This document shows, piece by piece, positions 23,100 through 30,048 of a stretch of DNA of 32,402 nucleotides. Under the pieces are notes generated by a model, which saw only the letters and a list, made by a program, of their open reading frames with translations, ran no database searches and was not told where the DNA came from. How positions within the stretch are numbered: the stretch's first letter is position 1; the number at the start of each line of letters is the position of its first letter. This DNA comes from a virus. The position numbers and the translations under genes are program-made. The stretch lies in IMG/VR virus record IMGVR_UViG_3300045988_187195, positions 1 through 32,402 of that record; one strand, written 5' to 3'.

Positions 23100-23326
23100 A
23101 GCCAATTCAACTCCTCACATTGCTTGTTAATCGCTTTTAATTCATCTACATCTAAATTTTTTATCGTATTTCCTGCTACGGATTCTATATAAGAATGTAC
23201 AATTTCAGTTCTCAAATGAAACTCAATTACTTTAAGCCTAATATAATCCCCTTTTTCATACACAATACAATCGCCAAAAGTACGCTTTTTATACCCTAGC
23301 TTTTTAAACATTTCTCTAGCAGTCAT
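23096..23326 (-). CDS. Hypothetical phage protein, 76 aa (intact paralogue)
   Basis: The ATG lies 11 nt (2 nt spacer) downstream of GGAGGAAGA (GGAGGAAGATAAAG-ATG). It is paralogous to 22881..23099. Confidence 0.6.
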   Translation of the reverse strand: MTAREMFKKLGYKKRTFGDCIVYEKGDYIRLKVIEFHLRTEIVHSYIESVAGNTIKNLDVDELKAINKQCEELNWL

Positions 23327-23450
23327 CTTTATCTTCCTCCATTAACTTCTGCCCACAGAACGGACAACGTGGGTAATATTTGTTTCCATGATATGTTGGA
23401 ATAGGCACAACTTCTTCTTTTGAAGTTAAATCAGGACAAAATTTAATCAT
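23316..23450 (-). CDS. Small zinc-ribbon protein, 44 aa
   Basis: Not in the track. MIKFCPD...RCPFCGQKL has CxxD...CxxC. It overlaps both neighbouring genes. Confidence 0.4.
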   Translation of the reverse strand: MIKFCPDLTSKEEVVPIPTYHGNKYYPRCPFCGQKLMEEDKDDC

Positions 23451-23817
23451 CTTCATCTTTTCTTTCTTTCTCTTTTACTAATTCTTCATATTTATCGAGT
23501 ATAAATGCATCCATTTCTTGCTTTGTGAAACCTAGTTTTAATAATTCATCTTTACAATTCATTCCATAATTCCATATATCATCACTCAATAATTCCTCTA
23601 GTGAATCATTATTAACATCTATATATTTACATCTGTATTCTAAGATGTATTGTTTATACTGCTCTATTTTTTCTGCCAAATCATTTATTTCTTTTTTGGC
23701 TTGTGCAACATCTTCACTATGTGATTCTTGCTCATCTTTTAGTTCTCTTTTTAAGTGCTCACTATTAAATTTCAATATGTCATATTCTCTCAATGACATT
23801 TGCACAAAACTTTCCAT
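23443..23817 (-). CDS. Acidic coiled-coil hypothetical protein, 124 aa
   Basis: The ATG is coupled by TAATG. Confidence 0.6.
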   Translation of the reverse strand: MESFVQMSLREYDILKFNSEHLKRELKDEQESHSEDVAQAKKEINDLAEKIEQYKQYILEYRCKYIDVNNDSLEELLSDDIWNYGMNCKDELLKLGFTKQEMDAFILDKYEELVKEKERKDEDD

Positions 23818-23987
23818 TAAAAGTCATCCTCCTTTGGCGGTAAGCATCTAACTACTAAACCACTTTGAAGAAAATCTCTAATCATGTCTTCGTATTCTTC
23901 TTTTGTAAATTTATTCAAATCAATATCAAATGGCATAATTTTACATCCATATTTCCTATTTATTTCATGATATTCTTCAAATGTCAT
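23817..23987 (-). CDS. Hypothetical protein, 56 aa
   Basis: Not in the track. The ATG overlaps the upstream TGA (ATGA), and its stop overlaps the next ATG. Confidence 0.45.
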   Translation of the reverse strand: MTFEEYHEINRKYGCKIMPFDIDLNKFTKEEYEDMIRDFLQSGLVVRCLPPKEDDF

Positions 23988-24223
23988 ACCTCAACATCCT
24001 CATCTTGTGGCATTTGGAATGTTTCACCGTATGAACATTCGTACCATTCTTGAATATCGTTTAAAACTGATAAAGCTTTATATTTAGCAGTATATGTACC
24101 TAAATTAACGCTTATACCACTTTTGCTACTTAATGTAATCACTGCATATTTAACGCCGTGTTCTTCAATTGCGAAAAAGTCGCAATCCATTAAAATTTTT
24201 CCATCTTGGCTTCTAATCCACAT
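23984..24223 (-). CDS. Hypothetical protein, 79 aa (shortened relative to the track)
   Basis: GAAGGAGGGGTATTA precedes ATG 24223, coupled by TAATG to the dUTPase stop. The longer track ORF would overlap the dUTPase gene by 120 nt. Confidence 0.6.
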   Translation of the reverse strand: MWIRSQDGKILMDCDFFAIEEHGVKYAVITLSSKSGISVNLGTYTAKYKALSVLNDIQEWYECSYGETFQMPQDEDVEV

Positions 24224-24738
24224 TAATACCCCTCCTTCAATCTCTGATAGTTGATTTTGTTCTTTTCGCAATAAGCTTGATACACATCTTCGATTGTGAA
24301 GCCTAAGTATTCTGTGATTGCGATTAATGGTTCTACTTTCCACAATGAAAAACTTGATAATTCCGCTAATTTTATAACAATACCGTTTCCGTATTCTTCA
24401 ATTGACCACCGATTATCGTCAACTTTTTCCATTAATTGCTCATCTGTTAACAATCCTTCTTCACCACCATTAAAGTTGTTTTGCCAACTTAATACAAAAT
24501 GCCAAATATCAACTAATTCGCCTAATACCTTATTATCATCAACAGGTGCTTGAGTTTTCTTCCACCAACACCAGTTGGCTTTGAGTTCGTGAGTCAACTC
24601 ACCGACTTCATCTAGGATTGCAAAGCTCAACTTCTCTTCATCAATACAAAATAATCCATATTCTTTCATAATTGCTTCATCCAATTTGGCTTGCATTTGT
24701 AGCATTTCTTTAATCAATTCAATATCTTTAATTGTCAT
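24223..24738 (-). CDS. Dimeric all-alpha dUTPase / MazG-like NTP pyrophosphohydrolase, 171 aa
   Basis: AILDEVGELTHELKANWCWWKKTQAPVD..VLGELVDIWHFVLS matches the dUTPase_2-type motifs as I recall them. Confidence 0.65.
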   Translation of the reverse strand: MTIKDIELIKEMLQMQAKLDEAIMKEYGLFCIDEEKLSFAILDEVGELTHELKANWCWWKKTQAPVDDNKVLGELVDIWHFVLSWQNNFNGGEEGLLTDEQLMEKVDDNRWSIEEYGNGIVIKLAELSSFSLWKVEPLIAITEYLGFTIEDVYQAYCEKNKINYQRLKEGY

Positions 24739-24756
24739 ATTTATTTATCTCTCTTT

Positions 24757-25491
24757 CTATGCTCTTAATATTTCCCTTCTCACTCGTTCCATTTCTTTCT
24801 GTACATCTGCATACGATTGATTGCTTTCTTGTGCATAGAATTTAGAATCAAGTTTTACAGGATTGTTCTTATTTCTTTTCATCCATTCATCATGTACCCA
24901 TTTTTGAATCACTAGTGAATGGTTCTTGTATTTCTTTCCACTCGTTTCAATATACTCATCCAAAATCTTTATATGCTCATCTAATGAATCACCATATAAA
25001 TCTAATAGGTGTGTGTGTTCTTTATCTGTAAGTAACACGTGTGAATATTCACCGTATTTGTGTTTACTTACTTTTAATTTATTATTAATTTTAGTATTAA
25101 TAACTTTATTATTATCTGTATACATTTCTACACTAGGGGTAGTATAAAAATTTACACTAGGGTCATGTACGTTTTTATATGGGGTAGTATAAAAATTTAC
25201 ACTAGGGTTGATATATAATTTTCGTTGCAATACTTGTTTTGTTCCTTCTTTATAAATCAACTCTAAACTGATATACCCTTTTTTAACTAATGCACTAATC
25301 CATTTTTTTACCGCAGATACTGAACAATGATACAAATCTGCGAAATATTGATTTGTTGCCCAACAATATCCTTTTTCATTACACAATGATGTAATTTCTC
25401 CATACAATAGTTTTGCGTTTGGTGGCAATTCTTCATCATATCGAACTTCCGCAGGTATTATTGCGTAATACGATTTCTTTAGTTCTGATAT
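24757..25491 (-). CDS. Replisome organiser / replication initiator (N-terminal winged HTH, DnaD-like C-terminus) containing the iterons; apparent ATA start
   Basis: GGAGG (25504..25500) sits 8 nt before ATA 25491..25489. Both track GTG codons lie inside the SD. The product contains LPPNAKLLYGEITSLCNEKGYCWATNQYFADLY. Confidence 0.65.
   Translation of the reverse strand: MSELKKSYYAIIPAEVRYDEELPPNAKLLYGEITSLCNEKGYCWATNQYFADLYHCSVSAVKKWISALVKKGYISLELIYKEGTKQVLQRKLYINPSVNFYTTPYKNVHDPSVNFYTTPSVEMYTDNNKVINTKINNKLKVSKHKYGEYSHVLLTDKEHTHLLDLYGDSLDEHIKILDEYIETSGKKYKNHSLVIQKWVHDEWMKRNKNNPVKLDSKFYAQESNQSYADVQKEMERVRREILRA
25129..25208. repeat. Iterons: a 28-bp perfect direct repeat x2 plus a third partial copy (candidate origin)
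   Basis: GGGGTAGTATAAAAATTTACACTAGGGT occurs at 25136..25163 and 25181..25208. The core ACACTAGGG also occurs at 25130..25138. An AT-rich tract lies just upstream (25081..25120). Confidence 0.7.
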
Positions 25492-25492
25492 T

Positions 25493-25840
25493 TTAATCAC
25501 CTCCACCTAAAACAACCACTTGCTTTAGGATTTCATCAATGATTTTGTCGGTGTATTTTATATAGCATTTGATTCTTTTATCACTAAAATATCCGTCAAT
25601 TTTGCGCAACGCTTTATATATTGCAATTATTCTTTCTCGGTTTAATCCTTCTTTTGTGTAGTCATTACACCCATTTAATCTATCCATGAATTCCTTTGTA
25701 ATGTCATAACAAGTACACATTTCTTCATACACGCCAATTGCATTTGTATCTTTTCCAGTTTCTTCAATTAAGTAAAATGAATTAAACTCATCAAAATAAA
25801 TTTGCTTTGCTACATTTACTGCCATTTCTTCTTCTCTCAT
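25493..25840 (-). CDS. Hypothetical protein, 115 aa
   Basis: The ATG is coupled by ATGA to the rusA stop. Confidence 0.6.
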   Translation of the reverse strand: MREEEMAVNVAKQIYFDEFNSFYLIEETGKDTNAIGVYEEMCTCYDITKEFMDRLNGCNDYTKEGLNRERIIAIYKALRKIDGYFSDKRIKCYIKYTDKIIDEILKQVVVLGGGD

Positions 25841-26205
25841 AAAATCTCTACCTCTATCCTTGGATTCTCCTTATCTGTAAATACTGAATGATTCACTTGA
25901 TTAATGTATTTCCTTGAATCATCCTCTAATATTCCTGTTCTAACTAATGAATCTTGAATGAATTTAGTTGCAAATGTGATATTGTCTATATCTCTTTTGT
26001 TATTTAGCTCATACCAATTAACATTTAATTTAATTGGGTAGTTCTTAACTTCGTAAATTTCACCAAAGTTTACTGCCTGTAAGATATAAGCCATTACAAG
26101 ACGCTCATTCTTTTTCTTCATTTCTGCTCCTTTGTAACGATTTGTTCTGCAAGCATTAATATATTCATTCAATCCATCTAGTTTTCCTTTTATTACAAAC
26201 TTTAT
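25837..26205 (-). CDS. rusA: RusA-family Holliday junction resolvase, 122 aa; apparent ATA start overlapping the upstream stop (ATAA)
   Basis: GGGGGA sits 6 nt before ATA 26205..26203, giving (M)KFVIKGKLDGLNEYINACR. The RDIDNITFATKFIQDSLVRTGILEDD motif is present. The track ATG 26283 would overlap the upstream gene by 82 nt. Confidence 0.75.
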   Translation of the reverse strand: MKFVIKGKLDGLNEYINACRTNRYKGAEMKKKNERLVMAYILQAVNFGEIYEVKNYPIKLNVNWYELNNKRDIDNITFATKFIQDSLVRTGILEDDSRKYINQVNHSVFTDKENPRIEVEIL

Positions 26206-26741
26206 TTTTCTTCCCCCTTGATTCCTTTGTCTAAATAATATTGGGTACTGATTCCTAATTGTTCTGCATAATCTAATATGCAATCAATTAATACTCCCAT
26301 TTGCTTTGTATCCATTTGTGAGCTACCTAGAAACAATCTACAATTCACAAATTCATTTCCATTGTCTCTTATCTCAGTTCCCAATATTTGAACTGCCCTA
26401 ACTCCATGAGCTTGAGCCAACGAATCAACACCATCTTTCAAAACTGAAACATATGTATACTTTTGCTTTGCCATTCTCAAGAACTCGCAGTACATATCCC
26501 ATGTATCGTTATAACTTGCGTTTTCATTACTGCATATTTCCTTTATTAAATGCCACATAAGCCGATTTTGTTCGTTTGTGCGTAAATGTTTAACAGAATC
26601 TATAATCACGCTATATGACCCTTTTTCGATGGCTTGAGCATATGATTCGTATATTGGCTCAGTCAATTCGAATGTTATTTCTAGGTTTCCATCTTCGTTT
26701 CTTGATTTACGAATGAAGTTACCTATCAACTTTGTTTTCAA
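26202..26741 (-). CDS. NinB/Orf-like recombination-associated protein (tentative), 179 aa
   Basis: The LRTNEQNRLMWHLIKEIC motif resembles the NinB-type RSxxQN..W motif. It lies between the erf region and rusA. Confidence 0.35.
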   Translation of the reverse strand: MKTKLIGNFIRKSRNEDGNLEITFELTEPIYESYAQAIEKGSYSVIIDSVKHLRTNEQNRLMWHLIKEICSNENASYNDTWDMYCEFLRMAKQKYTYVSVLKDGVDSLAQAHGVRAVQILGTEIRDNGNEFVNCRLFLGSSQMDTKQMGVLIDCILDYAEQLGISTQYYLDKGIKGEEK

Positions 26742-26968
26742 AATCTAATTTGCTCCATTTCTTCAAATTTCTGAAGTCTGAACAATTCTTTTTGCTCTTC
26801 TGTGATTCCTAGTTCTTTCATTTTGCTTACATCCGTCCATGAATCTTGATATGGATTAAAATTCTCATCCATGATGTAATTCTCTAATTCTTCAATTCTT
26901 TTAGCTTGAGAATAATAGATTTCTCTAGGATATGATTCTTGATTCGTGATAACATTGTATGAATGCAT
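26738..26968 (-). CDS. Hypothetical protein, 76 aa
   Basis: ATG is preceded by GGAGGTAAAT. Confidence 0.6.
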   Translation of the reverse strand: MHSYNVITNQESYPREIYYSQAKRIEELENYIMDENFNPYQDSWTDVSKMKELGITEEQKELFRLQKFEEMEQIRF

Positions 26969-26977
26969 ATTTACCTC

Positions 26978-27274
26978 CTATAGATAGTTTTTATGAAATA
27001 TCTTCATAAATTCATTTCTTGTGTGTACTTCTTCAAATGCCTGTTGGCATTCCTTTTTAAGTTTCATGTCTAATTTGTGATTGAAATGTACTCCTTCACT
27101 GCTCATGTTGTGATGTCTAGCACATAATCTTACATAACACCCATGCTCAATTGATTTTTTTCGGTTTGCAGTGCCGAAATAAATTTCGTGCGTGTGCAAA
27201 TCTAAAGTTGAACCACATACATAACATTTAGACATGTCTTTTTGTAAAATTGACTTATCTCGTTTTATTTCCAA
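26978..27274 (-). CDS. Cys/His zinc-binding protein (HNH-like / DUF968-like), 98 aa
   Basis: It contains CYVCG..LHTHEI..G..NR and LCARHH. A TTG start is likely. Confidence 0.4.
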   Translation of the reverse strand: MEIKRDKSILQKDMSKCYVCGSTLDLHTHEIYFGTANRKKSIEHGCYVRLCARHHNMSSEGVHFNHKLDMKLKKECQQAFEEVHTRNEFMKIFHKNYL

Positions 27275-27570
27275 GTTACCTTAACACTAGATTTAACTTG
27301 TGTTTCCTTTGCTAATTGGTGCATAAGACCTAATTCATTCACTAACTTTGTATCAATAGTTGTTCTTGTGTATGGTTCTACATATGCAATTTTCACAACA
27401 TCATTTTCAAACGATTTGATACCGTTCTTTTCCATAGCTTCTAAGATATTCTTCTTAATATCTTTTTCTAATTTGTCCATTTCCTTTTTGTATTCTTGAA
27501 ATGATTTTAATTTGCTTAATGCTTCCTGTTGAATTTCAATTTGTCCATTTTCTACGTTTACTAATTCCAT
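27265..27570 (-). CDS. Hypothetical protein downstream of erf, 101 aa
   Basis: AAGGAGGAAAGAAAA precedes ATG 27570 (MELVNVENGQIE). Confidence 0.55.
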   Translation of the reverse strand: MELVNVENGQIEIQQEALSKLKSFQEYKKEMDKLEKDIKKNILEAMEKNGIKSFENDVVKIAYVEPYTRTTIDTKLVNELGLMHQLAKETQVKSSVKVTWK

Positions 27571-27583
27571 TTTTCTTTCCTCC

Positions 27584-28249
27584 TTATGCTTTCGCATTTT
27601 CTTTGTAAATAGCTCCGTATGCTTTAATTAATGCCACTAGACCGTTTCCATTTAGATTAGGAATATCTTGTGAACTGATTTTATATTCGGCTTTTAAATG
27701 CTCACAAAACGCTTCTGAATGCGTATCAATTCCTAGCTTCTGTAATTCATTTTGTGCCTTAAAACACCTCATACGAATTTCATTCAACTTGTCATTGTTT
27801 TCTGATTTATGTTGCTTTGTTTGTGCATTTTGAATTGCTTCATGTTGTTCATCTGTATCTGCGTCTTTTGTATCATCTAAATTGAATAAACCGTTTAACG
27901 CATATTTTCTAGCATATGAACTGCATGAACCTGTTACTTGAGAAGCGTCCATTCCTTTTTTGTTTTCTTCTTCTCTAGCCATTGCTTTCACTTCAATTGA
28001 TTCATTTGAATCCCAATCGTTTAAGATTGCATTTGCCACAACATAATATCTATCTTTAATAACTTCAATTTCATCTGTAAGAATCAAAGTTGCTCTATAC
28101 TTAACGCAAATCTTTTTTGCTTCTGCTAAGATATCCTCTGCCGACCTATAACTATATTTACCAAACTTGTTATATTGATTCTTCCCCACTTTCATTTCGT
28201 TTTGTATATGAGATAGCTTTTCATATACATTCATTTTCTTTTCTTCCAT
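27584..28249 (-). CDS. erf: ERF-family single-strand annealing protein, 221 aa
   Basis: It contains KFGKYSYRSAEDILAEAKK, KGMDASQVTGSCSSYARKYALNGLFNLDD, and an acidic linker. Confidence 0.8.
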   Translation of the reverse strand: MEEKKMNVYEKLSHIQNEMKVGKNQYNKFGKYSYRSAEDILAEAKKICVKYRATLILTDEIEVIKDRYYVVANAILNDWDSNESIEVKAMAREEENKKGMDASQVTGSCSSYARKYALNGLFNLDDTKDADTDEQHEAIQNAQTKQHKSENNDKLNEIRMRCFKAQNELQKLGIDTHSEAFCEHLKAEYKISSQDIPNLNGNGLVALIKAYGAIYKENAKA

Positions 28250-28271
28250 TCTTCCGTTTCTCCTTTTTTTC

Positions 28272-28351
28272 TGCTATAATGTATGTGTTCTTAATTTAAG
28301 AACGTCATTTCTTGTGTGTGCGTGCTTTTGTCGAGTGCGCACCTCTTTTTT
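28272..28351 (+). ncRNA. Candidate plus-strand small RNA unit: extended -10, palindrome, GC-rich terminator
   Basis: TGCTATAAT is at 28272..28280. A perfect 17-bp palindrome GTTCTTAATTTAAGAAC is at 28287..28303. The hairpin GTGCGTGCT/AGTGCGCAC (28318..28342) is followed by CTCTTTTTT. There is no plus-strand ORF here. Confidence 0.35.
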
Positions 28352-28580
28352 ATAGAAATAGCATTGCATACGACTTACCTAAACAAGCTATTGAAATAAG
28401 TAGAATCACGATTGTTGCGAATAACATAATGTTTATTCCTGTTGTGATTTTTTTTTGATACCTTTGTTCCCTTAACAGTTCCTTTTCTTCTTTGCTTAAA
28501 TGTATTCGCTTTGGATTAAATGGATAAATGCTCAACTCCATCTCATCATCCTGTATTGCATTCATTCTTATATCTTGCAT
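28350..28580 (-). CDS. C-terminally TM-anchored small protein, 76 aa
   Basis: ATG is preceded by AGAAGGAGTTAGTT. The TM segment is GINIMLFATIVILLISIACLG. Confidence 0.6.
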   Translation of the reverse strand: MQDIRMNAIQDDEMELSIYPFNPKRIHLSKEEKELLREQRYQKKITTGINIMLFATIVILLISIACLGKSYAMLFL

Positions 28581-28582
28581 AA

Positions 28583-28837
28583 CTAACTCCTTCTAAATGA
28601 CTTTCTAGCTTCAGGGCAACACTTCAAGAAATATTCTGTTGGGATTACATTCTGATTAACATTTCTATATACAAATGTGTCTTCCCAAGCAGTACCTGTT
28701 TCTTCTTTATAGAACTCTCTAACTGATTTCATAATCTTGCTTGATTGGTGTCTTTGTCGGTCTTTTGACAATTCGCTCATATCAAACACCTTTACCAAAT
28801 CGTCTTTATTTAAATATGATTTGTAATCAATTATCAT
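28583..28837 (-). CDS. Hypothetical protein, 84 aa
   Basis: ATG is preceded by GGAGGTGAACGAAT. Confidence 0.6.
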   Translation of the reverse strand: MIIDYKSYLNKDDLVKVFDMSELSKDRQRHQSSKIMKSVREFYKEETGTAWEDTFVYRNVNQNVIPTEYFLKCCPEARKSFRRS

Positions 28838-29006
28838 ATTCGTTCACCTCCATCCTAGATTCACATGTATTGATTTTATTCACTTCTTGTAAATCCCTAA
28901 CATTTAATTGATTCGCAATTTCTTTTGCTTCTGCACTGTCATGTGCTTCAACCTCGAATGTGACATTTGCAGTCACATCGAAGGTTACAAAATACGTTCT
29001 AGTCAT
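28827..29006 (-). CDS. Hypothetical protein, 59 aa
   Basis: AGAGGTGAATGAA precedes ATG 29006. The track GTG 29015 lies inside the SD. Confidence 0.55.
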   Translation of the reverse strand: MTRTYFVTFDVTANVTFEVEAHDSAEAKEIANQLNVRDLQEVNKINTCESRMEVNEYDN

Positions 29007-29011
29007 TTCAT

Positions 29012-29137
29012 TCACCTCTTTTCTTCTTTTTTGGATTCGTTAAGGATACAAGCGATATACCCTTTATCGAATTCAGATAGCTCATAGCCTTTCTTTTCAA
29101 GTAAGCCTAAAGCTTCGAAAATTCTTGCATCTATTAT
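29012..29137 (-). CDS. Small ORF, 41 aa from ATA 29137 (or 50 aa from ATG 29164, which lacks an SD)
   Basis: Not in the track. GGAGGTG (29049..29043) sits 5 and 8 nt before the tandem ATA ATA at 29137..29132. Confidence 0.3.
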   Translation of the reverse strand: MIDARIFEALGLLEKKGYELSEFDKGYIACILNESKKEEKR

Positions 29138-29213
29138 TGTTTCACCTCCATAACCTGTCATCATCAGTGCTAGTAGGTCATCTCTAGCAGATAAGCCTTT
29201 CGGCTTATTTCGA

Positions 29214-29498
29214 CTAATTCATTAATTGTGGTTTGCCTTTGGTTTCAATTCTTTCAACTTGGTCTAGCTTAAATAAGAAAGCTTTTGCTAAGAAGAAATT
29301 GTTTTCTTCAGCTTCTTTTCCATCAACTGATTCAACTTTCTTTGATTTGCGTTTCCAAAGTTTTGTGCAAACTGTAGCATGCTCACCTTTTTTAACTTTG
29401 AATCCCATTTCTTTCCATTTAGCGAATGTGTGCAATGGTTCAAATTCTCCCATGCCTAATAACTTCTTTTCATTTTGTATGATTTGTTCGTTTGTCAT
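29214..29498 (-). CDS. ArdC-N-like (DUF1738-type) ssDNA-binding domain protein, 94 aa (tentative)
   Basis: HTFAKWKEMGFKVKKGEHATVCTKLW resembles the ArdC N-terminal TFKQ..ELGG.VRKGEKG motif. ATG is preceded by GGAGGACACAAGAA. Confidence 0.4.
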   Translation of the reverse strand: MTNEQIIQNEKKLLGMGEFEPLHTFAKWKEMGFKVKKGEHATVCTKLWKRKSKKVESVDGKEAEENNFFLAKAFLFKLDQVERIETKGKPQLMN

Positions 29499-29512
29499 TT
29501 CTTGTGTCCTCC

Positions 29513-29665
29513 TTATTGATTAGCTTTTAATCTTTCTATTTCTTTTCTAAGCATTTGATTTTGCTTTTGAAGTATGATTTTTCTTGTAAATTCATTACTG
29601 AATTTATTGAACATTTTGTCTTTATATTCTTGTTGTCTTTTTCTAATTTCTTCTTGTGATTTCAT
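29513..29665 (-). CDS. Small basic coiled-coil protein, 50 aa
   Basis: Not in the track. GGAGGATTAAGAGA precedes ATG 29665. Confidence 0.45.
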   Translation of the reverse strand: MKSQEEIRKRQQEYKDKMFNKFSNEFTRKIILQKQNQMLRKEIERLKANQ

Positions 29666-29669
29666 TCTC

Positions 29670-29894
29670 TTAATCCTCCATTTTTAAGATTCCTTCTAAT
29701 GTGTATTTGTATGTCTCGTGAATCAACAATTCCTTTTCAAGTTGTTCAATTCTTTCGCAAGTTTGCTTTACATAATTTGTATTCAAATTTTGAGCTTCGT
29801 GAACTAAAGTTTCTTTTTCTTGTTTTAGCGAACGTTCTTTGCTTTCAATTTGCCAATTTACTCTTGCTAATAATTTTTCTAATTCCTTTTTCAT
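29670..29894 (-). CDS. First early-operon protein, 74 aa coiled coil (not an obvious Cro-type HTH)
   Basis: ATG is preceded by GGAGGAACAAGAA. It is the first ORF downstream of the early promoter. Confidence 0.6.
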   Translation of the reverse strand: MKKELEKLLARVNWQIESKERSLKQEKETLVHEAQNLNTNYVKQTCERIEQLEKELLIHETYKYTLEGILKMED

Positions 29895-29915
29895 TTCTTG
29901 TTCCTCCGTTTTTTT

Positions 29916-29963
29916 GTGTTGTTTTGTGTTGTTTTGTACTTTGCATGTACATTATAGTACTTT
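29916..29963. promoter_or_regulatory. Operator-like repeats in the immunity switch
   Basis: A 10-bp tandem repeat GTGTTGTTTT x2 spans 29916..29935. Three GTAC-centred sites lie at 29936, 29947 and 29957 (10-11 bp apart), and the middle one is the palindrome ATGTACAT. They overlap the early -10 box. Confidence 0.4.
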
Positions 29964-29979
29964 TGAATGACATTGTAAA
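29951..29979 (-). promoter_or_regulatory. Early (lytic) promoter
   Basis: On the minus strand: TTTACA (29979..29974), a 17-nt spacer, then TATAAT (29956..29951). Confidence 0.65.
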
Positions 29980-29998
29980 GCATTTTTTGTCCTTTTAA

Positions 29999-30026
29999 TT
30001 TACAAGTTTATTCTTTGTGATATTAT
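29999..30026 (+). promoter_or_regulatory. Repressor (lysogenic) promoter
   Basis: On the plus strand: TTTACA (29999..30004), a 16-nt spacer, then TATTAT (30021..30026). It is divergent from the early promoter. Confidence 0.5.
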
Positions 30027-30048
30027 GAATGTAGAGGAGGTAAAAAAA

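Noticed and set aside
25837-26283. Long N-terminal extensions in the track for rusA (26283), 23984..24343, 31067..31363, 3525..4019, 27265..27597 and int (32402).
   Set aside because: The extensions overlap upstream genes or regulatory elements, lack SDs and encode implausible sequence. Internal starts with a proper SD fit better (ATA for rusA, ATG for the others).
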